The notes under the pieces: model-generated
Told to the model about the DNA's origin: nothing
What the model saw: the letters and a program-made list of their open reading frames with translations, nothing else
Databases searched by the model: none
Translations under genes and position numbers: made by a program
Part shown: positions 35,547-46,780 of the stretch, one piece after another
Position numbering within the stretch: position 1 is the first letter of the stretch
Layout: the number at the start of each line of letters is the position of its first letter
Origin: Lama glama
Taxonomy: Eukaryota
Length of the DNA stretch: 64,000 bases
Reading direction: 5' to 3'
Assembly: GCA_028534125.1 (NCBI GenBank)
Contig: CM052817.1
Location: 2,358,001-2,422,000, forward strand

Positions 35547-38500
35547 AAAACCAGAAATGAAAGAGAAGAGATTACAACCGGTGCCACAGAAATACAAAAG
35601 ATCATGGGAAACCACTAAACAACTAAATGCCAGCAAATGAAACTACCTCAGACAAATGGATACATTCCTAGAAACACAGCGCATAAGACTGAACTGCGAA
35701 GAAGTCTGAGGAGACCTACGATTAGTGAGAAGCTGGAATCCGTAACCAACAATCCCCCGCAGAGGAGAGCCCAGGGCCAGATGGCGCCGCTGGTGAATTC
35801 CACCAAGTGCTCAGAGAACTGATGTCAGTCCTTCTTGAACTGTTCCAAAACGTCAAAGAGAAGGAAATACTTCCAAAGTTATTCTACATGGCCAGTGTGA
35901 CCTTGATAACAGACAAGGTCACCACAAGAAAAGAAAATCACAGGGCAACATCCCCGATGAGCATAGGTGCAAAATTCCTCAACAAAATGCCGGCGAATCG
36001 AACGCAAAGCACATTCAAAGGATCACACACCACGACTGAGTGGGATTTATCCTCGGGCTGCAAGGAAGGTGGGAAGTAAACCCACACAAACATGGTCTTT
36101 TCACTTGATTTATAGCAAGGGTTTCAAGAACATTTGCAAATCAATCCGTGTGATACACAACCTGGGCAGAATGAAGGATAAATATCTTATGATTGGCTTG
36201 ATAGATGTAGAAAAAGCATTTTACAAAATTCAACATCCTTTCATGATTAAAAAAAAAACTCTCAACAAATTAAGTCTAGAAGGAGTGTTTCTCAACATAA
36301 GAAAGGCCACCATGACGAGACCACAGCTGACATCATGCTCAGTGGTGAAGAGCTGAAAGGCTTTCCTGTAAGATCAGAAACAAGACAAAGATGTCCACCC
36401 TCGTCACTCTTATTCAACATAGTATCGGGAATTCTAGACCAGAGCATCAGGCAAGAAAAAGAAATAAAAGACATCCACCCATCGATCGAAGACTGGATAA
36501 AGTTGTGGTGTATTTATACGGTGGAATACTACTCCACAGGAAAGAATAAAAAAACGCCATTTGCAGCAACATGGATGGACCTGGAGATTGTCTCTCCAAG
36601 TGAAGTGAGCCAGAAAGAGAAAGAAAAATGCCGTAGGATATCACTCATACGTGGAATCTAAAAAAAGAGAAAAGAGGACACTAATGAACTCTTCTACAAA
36701 ACAAACAGACGCACAGACATAGTAAACAATCTGATGGTAACCGGGGGAAAGGGGGAGTGAAGGGATAAATCTGGGAGCTCGAGATTTGCAGATATTAACC
36801 ACTAGATATAAAAATAGATTAAAAAAGCAAATTTCTCTGTATCGCACAGGGAACTATATTCAGTATCTTGTACTAACCCATAATGAGAAAGGACATGAAA
36901 ACGAATGTATGTATGTGTACGTATGCCTGGGACACTCTGATGTGCACCAGAGATTGCTACAACATTGTAAACTGGCAATACTTCCATCTTTAAAGAAGTC
37001 ATCCAGATTGGAGAGAAGGAAGCAAAACTGTCTCTGCAGATGCGACTTTAAACTTTACATGTAGAAACCCCCGAAGATGCTGCCCAAGAAAGTTAGAACT
37101 AAGAAACACATCCAGTAAAGTCGCAAGATAATGAACCAACATACAAAATCAGTTGCATTTCTACGCACTAACGATGAATTTATCTGAAAGAGAAATTTAG
37201 AAAAAAATCCTATTTAAAATAATATCAAAAAGAATAAAACACTTAGGAAGACATTTAAGCGAGGAGGCGAAAGGCTTGTACGTTGAAAAGAACTTGAAGG
37301 AAACACAAATAAATGGGAGATTTCTGTGTCCTTGAGCTGGAAGGATCAATATTGTTAAAAAGTCCCTGCTACGTAAAGCAATCTACAGACACAACGCAGT
37401 CCCTATCAAAATGGCATTTTTCACAGAAATAGAAAAAAAATTCTTCAAATTTGTGTGGGGCCACAAGAAGCCCCAAGTAGCTAAAGCAATCTTGAGAAAG
37501 AAGAACAGAACTGGAGGCAGCACGCGTCCCGATTTCTAAGTACATCACAAAGCTCCGGTGAGGGCGCACGTCGTGCTGCAGCGCAGCCCGTCGCTCAACA
37601 CACGCTGGTGGCGTTAGAAGCAGACCCACAAACCCGCGGGACAGGAAGCAGAGCCCAGACGTAAACCCATACACACACGATCGGCTGATTTATGGCAAAG
37701 GTTCCAAGACACACAATGTGGAAACACAGTCTCTTCAACAAACGGTGTTGGAAAAGCTGCAGGCGCCCTTGCACAAGAAGGCAGCTGGGCCCCGGTTTTA
37801 CACCACTGACAAAATGGACTCAAGATGGATTAAAGCTTTCGACTTAAGAGCGGAAACTGTGAAAGTCCTAGAAGGAACGCAGGGAAACAGCCCCTCCACT
37901 TCGGGCCTGGTGATGAGTCTTTGGATCTGACGCCAAAAGCACAAGCAACAAAAGCGACAAAAAACAAGCGGGACCACATGAAACTAAAAAGCTTCCGCAC
38001 AGCGCAGGAAACGATCACAGAACGAGCACGCAGCCTACGGAATGGGAGAAAATGTTTGCAAACTATGCATCTGATAAGGGGTTGATATAAAAATAGATAA
38101 GGGACTCATTTAACTCAATAACAAAGAACCGGATAATCCAATTTTAAAATGGGCAAAGGGCCTGAATAAACATTTTTCCAGGGAAGATAAAAAATGGCCA
38201 ATAGGTACCCGAAAATGTGCTCAACACCACTAACCATCGGAGAAATGCAAATCGAAATCACCTTGAGGTCTCCTCCCACTCCTGTAAGGTTGGCTATTAG
38301 CACAAGGCTAAGAGCTACGTGTTGGTGAGGATGTGGAGGAAAGGGAACCCTCGCGCGCTGTTGGTGGGAATGCAGTTTGGTGCAGCCACTGTGGAAAACA
38401 GGGTGGAGGCTCCTCAAAAGACTGAAAACAGAGAGTCCAGCAGTCCCACTTCTGGGCATTTATCCAAAGTGAATGGAATCAGTGTCTCGCAGAGATAGCT

Positions 38501-38940
38501 GCACCCTCAGTGCACGGCAGCATCAGCATATTAGCGTACTTAAGGCACGGAAGCCGCCTAAGCGTCCGTCAAGGGGTGAACGGATAAAGGTATGATGTAT
38601 GCATACGATGAAATAAGATTCAGCCTTAGAAAGGGATGAAGTGCTGACTCATGCCACCGTAAGGATGAAACCGGAAAATGTTATGCCAATCAGAAACGGT
38701 CACATGTTGTCCGGTCCCATCTATGGGCAATGTCCAGGACAGACAAACCTGTAGAGATGGCAATAGGTTCGCAGTTGCCAGGGCTGGGGGAGGGGGGAGA
38801 AAGCGCCTGCTAGTGGGTGAGGGTTTCTCTCGGAGTGACGGAGACGTTCTAGAAACAGGCAGAGGTGGACGCTGCACAAGATGGTGAATGCCACCCCGAA
38901 ATGGTTAATTTTATGCAACGTGACTTTCACCGCCATAAAA
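35547..38940 (+). mobile_element. 5'-truncated old L1 (L1MB-like) with disrupted ORF2 (RT to C-terminus) and 3' UTR
   Basis: Translated pieces LLELFQNVKEKEILPKLFYMASVTLI, IGLIDVEKAFYKIQHPFMIK and FPVRSETRQRCPPSSLLFNIV match L1 ORF2 RT motifs. Many frameshifts are present. The 3' end is GGTTAATTTTATGCAACGTGACTTTCACCGCCATAAAA. Confidence 0.92.
36478..36993 (+). mobile_element. Younger L1 3' end inserted within the older L1
   Basis: Encodes WCIYTVEYYS...PFAATWMDLEI, followed by an artiodactyl-type 3' UTR. TSD is AAAAGACATCCA (36466-36477) / AGAAGTCATCCA (36994-37005). The host ORF2 resumes afterwards (GATTGGAGAGAAGGAAGCAAAACTGTCTCT). Confidence 0.85.
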
Positions 38941-39262
38941 ACAGCAGCTGCGCCAGCCCTGCCGTGTCAGACAGCCCTGGGCATCTCCTCTTCGCGGGGC
39001 ACATCCCCTTTCTGGGGTGCGCCCTTTGGAAGCCCCTTTAGAGGGGCTGGTGATGGTGTTACTCAGGAACTCAGCTGCAGTTTTTCTCAGCTGCTTTTGG
39101 CCTAGAAGTGTTTCATTCCCCCTCACTCGTTGGCTTTCCGGGCTCTAGGGTGGGGCACCGTGGCCACGGGTCCTCCCGTGGAGGGGCGGGTCCGGGTCCC
39201 GCGCGGAAGCTGGGCCGGCCAGGGCTGGCTTCGATGGGCGGGCGGCACTGCCTGCTTCACAG

Positions 39263-39289
39263 GTCAAGCCCGTCAAGCCCGTCAAGCCC
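39263..39289. repeat. Perfect 9-bp triplication (GTCAAGCCC)3
   Basis: Read directly from the sequence. Confidence 0.9.
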
Positions 39290-39465
39290 GCTGGGCTTCC
39301 CTTCCTCCCTGAATGACTCACCCCGGCGGTGGGAGGGGGGCGGGGGCCAGCGCGGGAATCACAGAGGACCAGACACGGGATAACCTGAGCAGCAAAGTAA
39401 GTGATGTGAGTGACAGATCACAACCTGTGGAGAAAAGTACAAGCCCACGGGCCCCACTGTTACAG

Positions 39466-39984
39466 TGTCGATGCAAATAATCCATGAACAATCGATAAGA
39501 AAAACAGTAAAGAGTTTTATTTGAGCCAAACGGAGGATGAGCCTGGAAGCCCGCTTCCCAAGTCACTCTGAGAAACTGCTCCGGAGAAGCGGGGTTTTCA
39601 GCACACTTCTGTATCTTGTCGGAGCAAAGAACATGAAACAAGTCAGGGACACGTTCAAGTTTTAAAAATAAGTAGGCAGATCAGCACGGACACTTACAGC
39701 ACCTGCAGTGTGGCCCTGGCACCTGCGAAGCCGGTCTTGTCATCAAAGGAGGACCAGCACTGGCGTCCCAGGAAGAGGGGCATTCAATCTTCATTTTTAA
39801 CACAGACATCCTTTACTTCTGGTCAGTGTGCCATCTTAATGAAGATGCCAGAATGAAGCAGACATACAGCATATGTTTGAGAGGCCACAGAAGGCTGTTG
39901 TAGTCAGCACCAAATTCAAGTTGACTCGTGGATAGGCCAGAATGACCTCCCCAGACCTCGGTATGTGAACATTACTTTTTATCG
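39466..39984 (-). mobile_element. ERV1-class solo LTR inside an old L1M fragment
   Basis: Plus strand begins TGTCGA (LTR 3' end TCGACA). Minus-strand AATAAA at 39516-39521. Flanks ACAG/AGAG are compatible with a 4-bp TSD. The adjacent GTGACTCTACAATGGAGACCCTGGACAGACCCCACCTTAA (about 40084-40123) is L1MC/MD-like. Confidence 0.65.
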
Positions 39985-40139
39985 AGAGTAATGAACAGTT
40001 AACTGTAAGCATGATGAACAGGGTGTTTACGAAGTCTCTGGGTACCTCCTGCAAAACACTTACTGATTTCCACAGGTGGAGGGGTGACTCTACAATGGAG
40101 ACCCTGGACAGACCCCACCTTAATCGGGCAATCAAAGGT

Positions 40140-40508
40140 GGTGTCCCAGTCAGAGGGCACGGCAGTTCAGGCTGGCTCCTCTGAGGCCGGGGGGAGGACG
40201 CTCCAGGCCGCAGCCCGGCGTCTGCGCTTGCTGGCTGTCTTTGGCCTTCCTTGGCTTCTGCTGTGTCGCCCTGGGTCCCTGCCTTCATCTCCACGTGGCC
40301 GTCTCCCTGTGTGCGTGTCTGTGTCCCGATTTCCCCATTTTATAAGGACACCAGTCACACTGGCCCAGGGGCCCACCGCCTCCAGTGTGACCTCATGTTA
40401 ACAATGATGCCTGCAAAGACTCTATTTCCAAATAAAGCCGCATTCTGAGATGCTGAGGGTCAGGGCTTCAGCGTGAATTTTGGGGGAAACACAATGCCAC
40501 CCGTGACA
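40140..40508 (-). mobile_element. MaLR solo LTR, MLT1B-like
   Basis: TTTTATAAGGACACCAGTCA...CTATTTCCAAATAAAG...ATTCTGAGATGCTGAGGGTCAGGGCTTCAGCGTGAATTTTGGGGG. Confidence 0.85.
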
Positions 40509-40639
40509 TTTCTCTTTCCATACAAAGATCTCCTAGAGCCCTCCAAACAGGAAGAAAGCCTTCCCCAGTCTTCAGGGCCCAGAAGTGAGGTCTACCAGTC
40601 CTCTTCACTGCAGGAAAGCTGCGTCCGCCTAGGGCTGGG

Positions 40640-40985
40640 AGGCTGCGATGGCCGTTACTCACGGTCTGCAGGCTCCAGGGCAGCCTCCCCGGGCTCAGGC
40701 GGGCCGGTGGGTGCGATGGCGTCCCTTGCAGGTGCTTCTCCTCCACACGGGCACTGGCCCGGCTCCTGCACGTGGCAGTCTCGGGGTCCAGAAGGGCCAG
40801 AAGCCCCACACAGTCACATCCACTGTAGCCTGTACGTCAGAGCAAGTCACCAGGCCGGACTCAAGGAAAGAGCTTCACCTCCTGAAGGGAGCGAGGCCAA
40901 GCCACAAAGCACAACGCGCAATGCACACAGGCAAGAGGGCACGTGCAGGGCTGGCAGGAAACAGCGTTTTTCCTAATCTAGCATC
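40640..40985 (-). mobile_element. Old MaLR LTR fragment (MLT1G/H-like)
   Basis: CAGTCACATCCACTG...GTCAGAGCAAGTCACCAGGCC...CTTCACCTCCTGAAGGGAG. Confidence 0.5.
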
Positions 40986-42539
40986 AGAGTCTGCAGCAAA
41001 GCTCTAGCACGTACAGCCTCCTGTCTCTGCGTAGCCGCTGCCCGAGGCGGGGGCCAGGGCCTTGGGGTCAGACCAGCCTGCTCTCCAGCCCTGCTTGGCA
41101 GGACGCTTGGCGGGACCCTGGGCCAGACCCAGCCCCACCCCGGTCTGCACCCTAATCCCGCCTCCGTGCACCCTCCCCCTCTTCCTCCCATTCTTCTGCA
41201 GGGGCTGGATCCTAGCTGGCCCAGGTCCTCCCACGGGGGACAGAGCCCCATGGCCCGCTCCCATGGGCTGCTCTGACCCTGAGCTGGCTTCTCGGATGTG
41301 ACCTCGATGCCCTTTTCTAATTTGTAAAGCAAACTCGGGGGAGGGTGCGGAGAAGGACTCTTCACGGGCCACTGGGTCCCCTCCACTCCATTCAGGACAG
41401 ATTACATAGCCATCCATCAGCAGCCCCCGCCCGGGCCTTTGGGAAAGAAAGCTGGCGCGCAGTCCGGCGGGCGGGAGTCCTCCCCTCCCCCGCAGCCCTC
41501 CAGCAGCCCCGGGCTCTGCCCGTGAGGTCACTGGGCGGGGTGGGGTGCTGGCTCGAGGCCAGCCCAGCCTCTGTGCCTGCAGTCGCGCCCCGGCCTGGCA
41601 CCCCCCCCCCCCCCCCCGGGCTCCGTGCCTGGGCACTGCTCCCGCTGATCTCCGACTGCGGGATTCTCACTCCGGGCCATTTGCTTCTGAATGGCCCAGA
41701 CCGGTCACCCGCAGAGAGGGGAGGCCTCTCTCCCGGCAGTCCCTGGGACTGGGACGGAGGGGCTGTTAGGGCTGAAATGGCTGCGGATGCCTGAAGCCTT
41801 GCTGCCTTTTGAAGTCAAAACAGAGAGTAACTTCGGGGTGTCTGAGATCTGCCCTTAGGTCTGAGGAGAGCCAGTGCTCCAGGCTTCACCCTCCTGTCCC
41901 CCCTTGTCCGGCCATAGCACCCACCGAGCATGTCCCGGAAGCCCCACCAGCACACAGGCACCAGCCCCAGTGCTCTGCAGGGGCCAGCGGAGGCTGGGGG
42001 AGGGGGAGACAGGGAGCAAGTGGGGGGCTTCCTGTTGAGCCCCTAGGACCAGCCACTGCCACCCTGAGGGACGATAACATCCAGGAGGGCTGGCATCATC
42101 AACCCATTTCACAGAAAAGGAAGTAAGTCCAGAGAGGCTGAATGATGACAGCTGGGAGACGGTGGGGAGGAACGGCCCTGGGACAACCAGGGTCTACAAC
42201 CAACAGCCAGAGATCCCGCGGTGCCACCGACCACGTGCTCCTAAGGCTCCCTGCCCCACTGGCTGCTCGTCCACGCCAGCAGCCGCTGGTGCCAGGCCGG
42301 AGACTGCGCCCAGTGAGTGTGGGATGGAAGCCACTGCGTGAGCGAGTGCGTGGACGCAGGGAAGGATGGAAGGACGTGTGGACGGGTGGGCAACAGTGCG
42401 AGGTTCTGAAGACGTGCGGGGAGGGGACTGGTGCTTGTGGGAGTGACGGGAGCCTTCCTGGTGGAGGCAGCTTCTGAGTTGGGTCTCAAATTCAGCAGCC
42501 CTCTGCAGTGGCCCCTTTGCGCTCCTTCAGGGGGTCACT

Positions 42540-43400
42540 GGCGACCCTGGAAGAGGTAGGTCCACATCCTAACCCCAGAACCTATGAATGAGACCTTGCT
42601 TAGGAAAAGGGTCTCACTTCTCACTCATAAAAAAGAATGAAATAATGCCATTTGTAGCAACGTGGATGGACCTAGAGATCATTGTATTAAGTGAAGTGAG
42701 TCAGACAGAGAAAGACAGATACCATATGATATCACTTATATGTGGAATCTTAAAAAATGACACAAATGAACTTATTTACAAACCAGAAATAGACTCACAG
42801 ACATAGAAAACAAACTATGGTTACCAAAGGGGAAAGGGGTCGGGGGTGGATTAGGGGCTTGGGTTTAACAGACACACACGACTGTATATACATTAGATAA
42901 ATGTACTGCACGGCGCAGGGAGCTTATTCAGTGTCTTGTAATGACCTATAATGGGAAAGAATCTGAAAATGTATGTGTGTGTGTGTAATTGAACCTCTTC
43001 GCTGTCCGCCTGAAACCACCACAACACTGTAAATCAACTAGACTTCAATTTAAAAAAAGAAAAGAAAAAGAGTCTTTGCAGGCGTAATTAAGAAAGTTCT
43101 TGGGCTGAGTTCACCTTAGAGTAAAGTGTGACCTAAACCCAGGGGTGGTGTCCTTATAAGAGAAAAGTAAGGGAGATGTGGACACAGACCCAGGGGAGAA
43201 GGCCTCTGACGGAAGCAGAGACTGGGGCGCTGTGGCCTGAGCGATGCACCTGGAGCCCTCCCCCAGCACCCCTCGAGGGAGCGCAGGCCTGCTGCACCCG
43301 GATTCCACGGTTCCACACTTCCGGCCTCCAGAGCTTCGAGAGGAGCCTGTGTTGTTTCCGGGGGCACCCAGCCTCAGGAACTCGAGGCACCTGGTGAATG
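42540..43400 (+). mobile_element. MLT1C-like LTR interrupted by an L1
   Basis: GTCCACATCCTAACCCCAGAACCTATGAATGAGACCTTGCTTAGGAAAAGGGTCT breaks off and resumes at TTGCAGGCGTAATTAAG...GTGTCCTTATAAGAG...GGCCTCCAGAGC. Confidence 0.85.
42615..43062 (+). mobile_element. Younger L1 3' end with polyA and TSD
   Basis: Encodes IKKNEIMPFVATWMDLEIIVLSEVSQTEKD (ORF2 C-terminus) and ends in an A-tail. TSD is AGGAAAAGGGTCT (42602-42614) / AGAAAAAGAGTCT (43063-43075). Confidence 0.9.
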
Positions 43401-46400
43401 CTGGTCTGCGCCAGGTGCGTGCGGGGTGCGGCAGTGAGGGCGGGGCCCGTCCTGGGGCAGTTCACTGTGTGACGGATGCTTCCAGGTGGAATTTGCAGGG
43501 GAGACGTCCACAGAGAGGAAGCCTACCCCTTGTCGGCTCCCTGCTCCACGGCTGCACCCTCCAGGGGCTGACCCCCGGCCCAGTTTGGGGTTTCCCCATC
43601 CCAGGGGAAGGGGGCATTCATGGGTCCTCCTCCTCTTCCCCTGCTGTCCCAGCCCCAGGGCGCAGCCCCTTCCCTCAGTGGCTGCCTCTTGGCATCTTAG
43701 AGTCTCTTTCTGCCTTTTCAGTTCTCTGGTACCTGGTTGGCAGTTCTTGATAGAGAATTCTCTGTTCAACAACCAGGGTGGTTTCTGCCCCTCCCCCAAC
43801 CCTCAGGACAAGGGCTCCCTGTGCGTGGTGAGGTCGGGAAGTGCCAGCTTAGCCGGCATCACACAGGTCGCCCTGCAGGGGGAGCTTGCGGTGTCTGGCA
43901 CCTCCCAGACACTTTTTCAGAGGAGCTCTTTGGTTGCTATACAAAGCGAGACTCAGGGTGCCGAGGGGTGAGCGGGGAGCGCCAGGACTCTCAGCCCCAC
44001 GTGTGCAGGCTTGAGGCCGCCTGGCGTTCATGGAGAAACTTCGTAGGGCCCTCCTCTCTGGGCCTCCGTCCCCCTGTGAGGTGCCCAGGCCCTGGCACTG
44101 TCTGGGGACTTGTCCACTGGATGCTCGCAGGGCCAGTGTCATCTCAGAAGTCTGTCCTACCCCTTGGAGGAGGGGGCTCTGCTTGAGGCCCAGGACCGGG
44201 AGGAGGGGACATGACTCATGGAGAGCAGGAGAAAGAGGGAGGGAGGGAAGCTGGGCCCCCACTGACCCCCAGCCCAGGGCTCCTTCTGAGGCAGATGGGG
44301 GCGGACGAGCTCTGCTGCAGTCAGCCTGGCCTCCTCTCCCTCCGTCCCTGAAGAGGGGTGGACAGGGAGCGGGTGCTAAGAGAAAATGCTTGCAGCAAGA
44401 GGCGGTAGTTTCCCCATCCATAGGCGAGGGTCAGGAAAGCTGGACACACCAACACCTTCATTGTGGCTGAGCTCACGGACACAAACTGCACCCCAAGATC
44501 CACTGTGTGTGAGTCCAGCGGGCCTGGACCACGGGCCAGGGGCCCCAGCAGAGCTTCCAGCCAAGACAGGGGACGCTCAACCCTGGTTTACAAAGTCACG
44601 TCAAGAGGGAGCAGCGATCTGGTCCCGTTCCTGGTCCACCGACGGCTCTGCACCCGGCTCTGTCTTCCCCACTGTCAAACGGGCTCAACAGTCCCTCACC
44701 TGCAGGAGCAAGGAGCAAGCTGTTGAATGCCAGGTGCCCAGGGCCCATGACAGGGAAGACCCAGCAGCGCCGAGAAGCTGGCTCGGTGTGAGCCTCGCGG
44801 TCCAGCGGCTCTGGGGATGGGGACGCTCATATTTTTAAGATGTGCTTTTAAAGCGATGACCCACGGCGCCCAGCTGTCTCCCTCTGGCTCCTCCCAGGAA
44901 ACACAGGAAAATGAAGTCGCTCTGAGCAAGCCTAAGCTTTAAGCGGGAACCAGCTTCACCTCCGTCTCCTAAGCATCATTCACATGTTTCCAGACAGGAA
45001 AGATATACTGTTGTGAGCTTTAGACAAACACAATGCTGATTTCAGGTCTAGAGCCAAAAACGTGCTCTGACACCAATAAGGATGGTATTTTTTCTGGGTT
45101 TCCTCCCACATTTGATCAGCAGATAGAAACCAAAGTACTTTTAGCTCCAAAGGGGTGCTGAGCGGTGCCAGAGTCTAATTAAAACCACGGCAGGTGATGA
45201 CGTCATTCTGCTCAAACTCCTTTAGCCCCTTCCTCCCTCAGCCGTCCCCCCCCCCCAAGTGGTCCCAATACCTTCCGGCTGTCATCTCCTGAGACTCCTA
45301 AATGCCACCCTGGTCCCCAACGCACACCAGACATGCCTCCTCTCCCTTCCATCGCTTACCCGTCCCTTTCTCTTCAGACGCGGTTCATCCACCTGGGTCG
45401 GTCTACAATTAAGACGGCCACGTGGGCCTGGCTCTGTGCTTGCTCAGGGTTGGGGCCCAGCGCGGAGTTGGATCAGCCCTGGGGCCAAGAGCTGGTGAGT
45501 GGAGAGAGGAGCTCACAAAGGCCATGATGGGACAGAGCAGGGATGAGGCTAGAAAGTCTCCACGCACAGAGGATGTGCGCACTTCAGCGATGTGGGTGTT
45601 TTTAAGAATGAATCGACTTACTGGAGTGGCGAGGAGGACGGGCGTGACCCGGAGGTGCGAAGGCACAGTGGTGGGGTGAGCCTGGCCCAAGCACCGGCAG
45701 GAGCGCAGAGGGGTGTGTGAGAGGGCTTGCAAGGGAAGCTGGAGAGGAGGACCTGGTGGAAAGGGTTTGGTGTCAGGTTAAGGAACCTCCCTATTTGCTG
45801 GGCAACCTTAGGGCAAACCACTTCACCCCTGTGGGCCTCCGCTTCCGTGTTTCTAAAATGAAGACGGCCAGTGAGCTGCCTCACAGGCCAAGTGAGGTGA
45901 CCTCGTGATCTAACAGCCACGAGGCCCACGCAGGCCGGACCCAAGTTGCGTGCTAGCTGTCATGCTTCCAGAAACTGGACTAGTGATCAATCAGCACATC
46001 CAGGCACCCGGGAGAGAATCTCTGATAGAAGGAAGAAGGAAGGAAGGGATGTATGGATGAGGGGTAGGGGCGGGGTGGGGGTGGGGTACATATGTGTTAC
46101 TTTTGGCAGAGAATATGATGCTGCTTGGAAACTGCTGCCCGAGGCTCCACTTCCGGGTGAACTACCCCTAAAAGTGCTCCTTTGAAAAAAAACCAGACTC
46201 CTTAGGGGGAGAAGTTGAAAACTCTCCCGTTTCCCTGGTAACATCCACTTTCATACAGGATGGGAAGTGATCTCATGAAGGACCCAGCGATGCTGGAGAC
46301 CCCTGGGAGGAGGGTTAACAGCTTTGCAGAGTTGCCTCTAAATCGGTCCTTTTCCGCCCTGACTTAATCGGAGATTGCGCTGTGCTTTTCCAGCGAATTA

Positions 46401-46599
46401 AACATGGGGTCTGTTGATTTGTTTTTTCCGGACTTATTTCCATTTAAATCGGCTGCCCTTCAGAGCCCTAGCTTTGCATAATGCAGGAGCTCTTGAAGGG
46501 AAATCAATCAAAGCTTGAAGGAAATGGGTTTGTATTCACATCTTCTGGGTCAGGCTTTCTGCCCCGCACCTCTAAGCTCGCTGGGTGTTTTCGCCACTG

Positions 46600-46780
46600 A
46601 TTGTGCACGCGTGCAGAGGCCGGAAGCAGACAGCAGTCCAGCTTCCTGGATTCGAATCCACTCTCTCTGCTGCTGTGTGGCGTTAGTGAGTTCCCTAACC
46701 TCTCTGCGCCTCTGTTTCCTGGTCAGGCGACAGAAGGCGGCTTGCTACCTCGGAGTTGTTCGGAAAACTCAGTCACCAAA
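46600..46780 (+). mobile_element. MIR fragment
   Basis: CCTGGATTCGAATCC...TGCTGTGTGGCGTTAGTGAGTTCCCTAACCTCTCTGCGCCTCTGTTTCCT. Confidence 0.65.

Noticed and set aside
35770..35795. CTCF-like CCAGATGGCGCC
   Set aside because: It is a partial match derived from the L1 ORF2 motif GGACCAGATGG; the 5' half of the core is missing.
35807..36661. Novel reverse-transcriptase system or active L1
   Set aside because: These are fragments of ordinary L1 ORF2 with frameshifts and stops, interrupted by another L1. No ORF1 or 5' UTR is present.
41601..41617. C17 homopolymer as a functional element
   Set aside because: It is a simple run of uncertain length with no supporting context.
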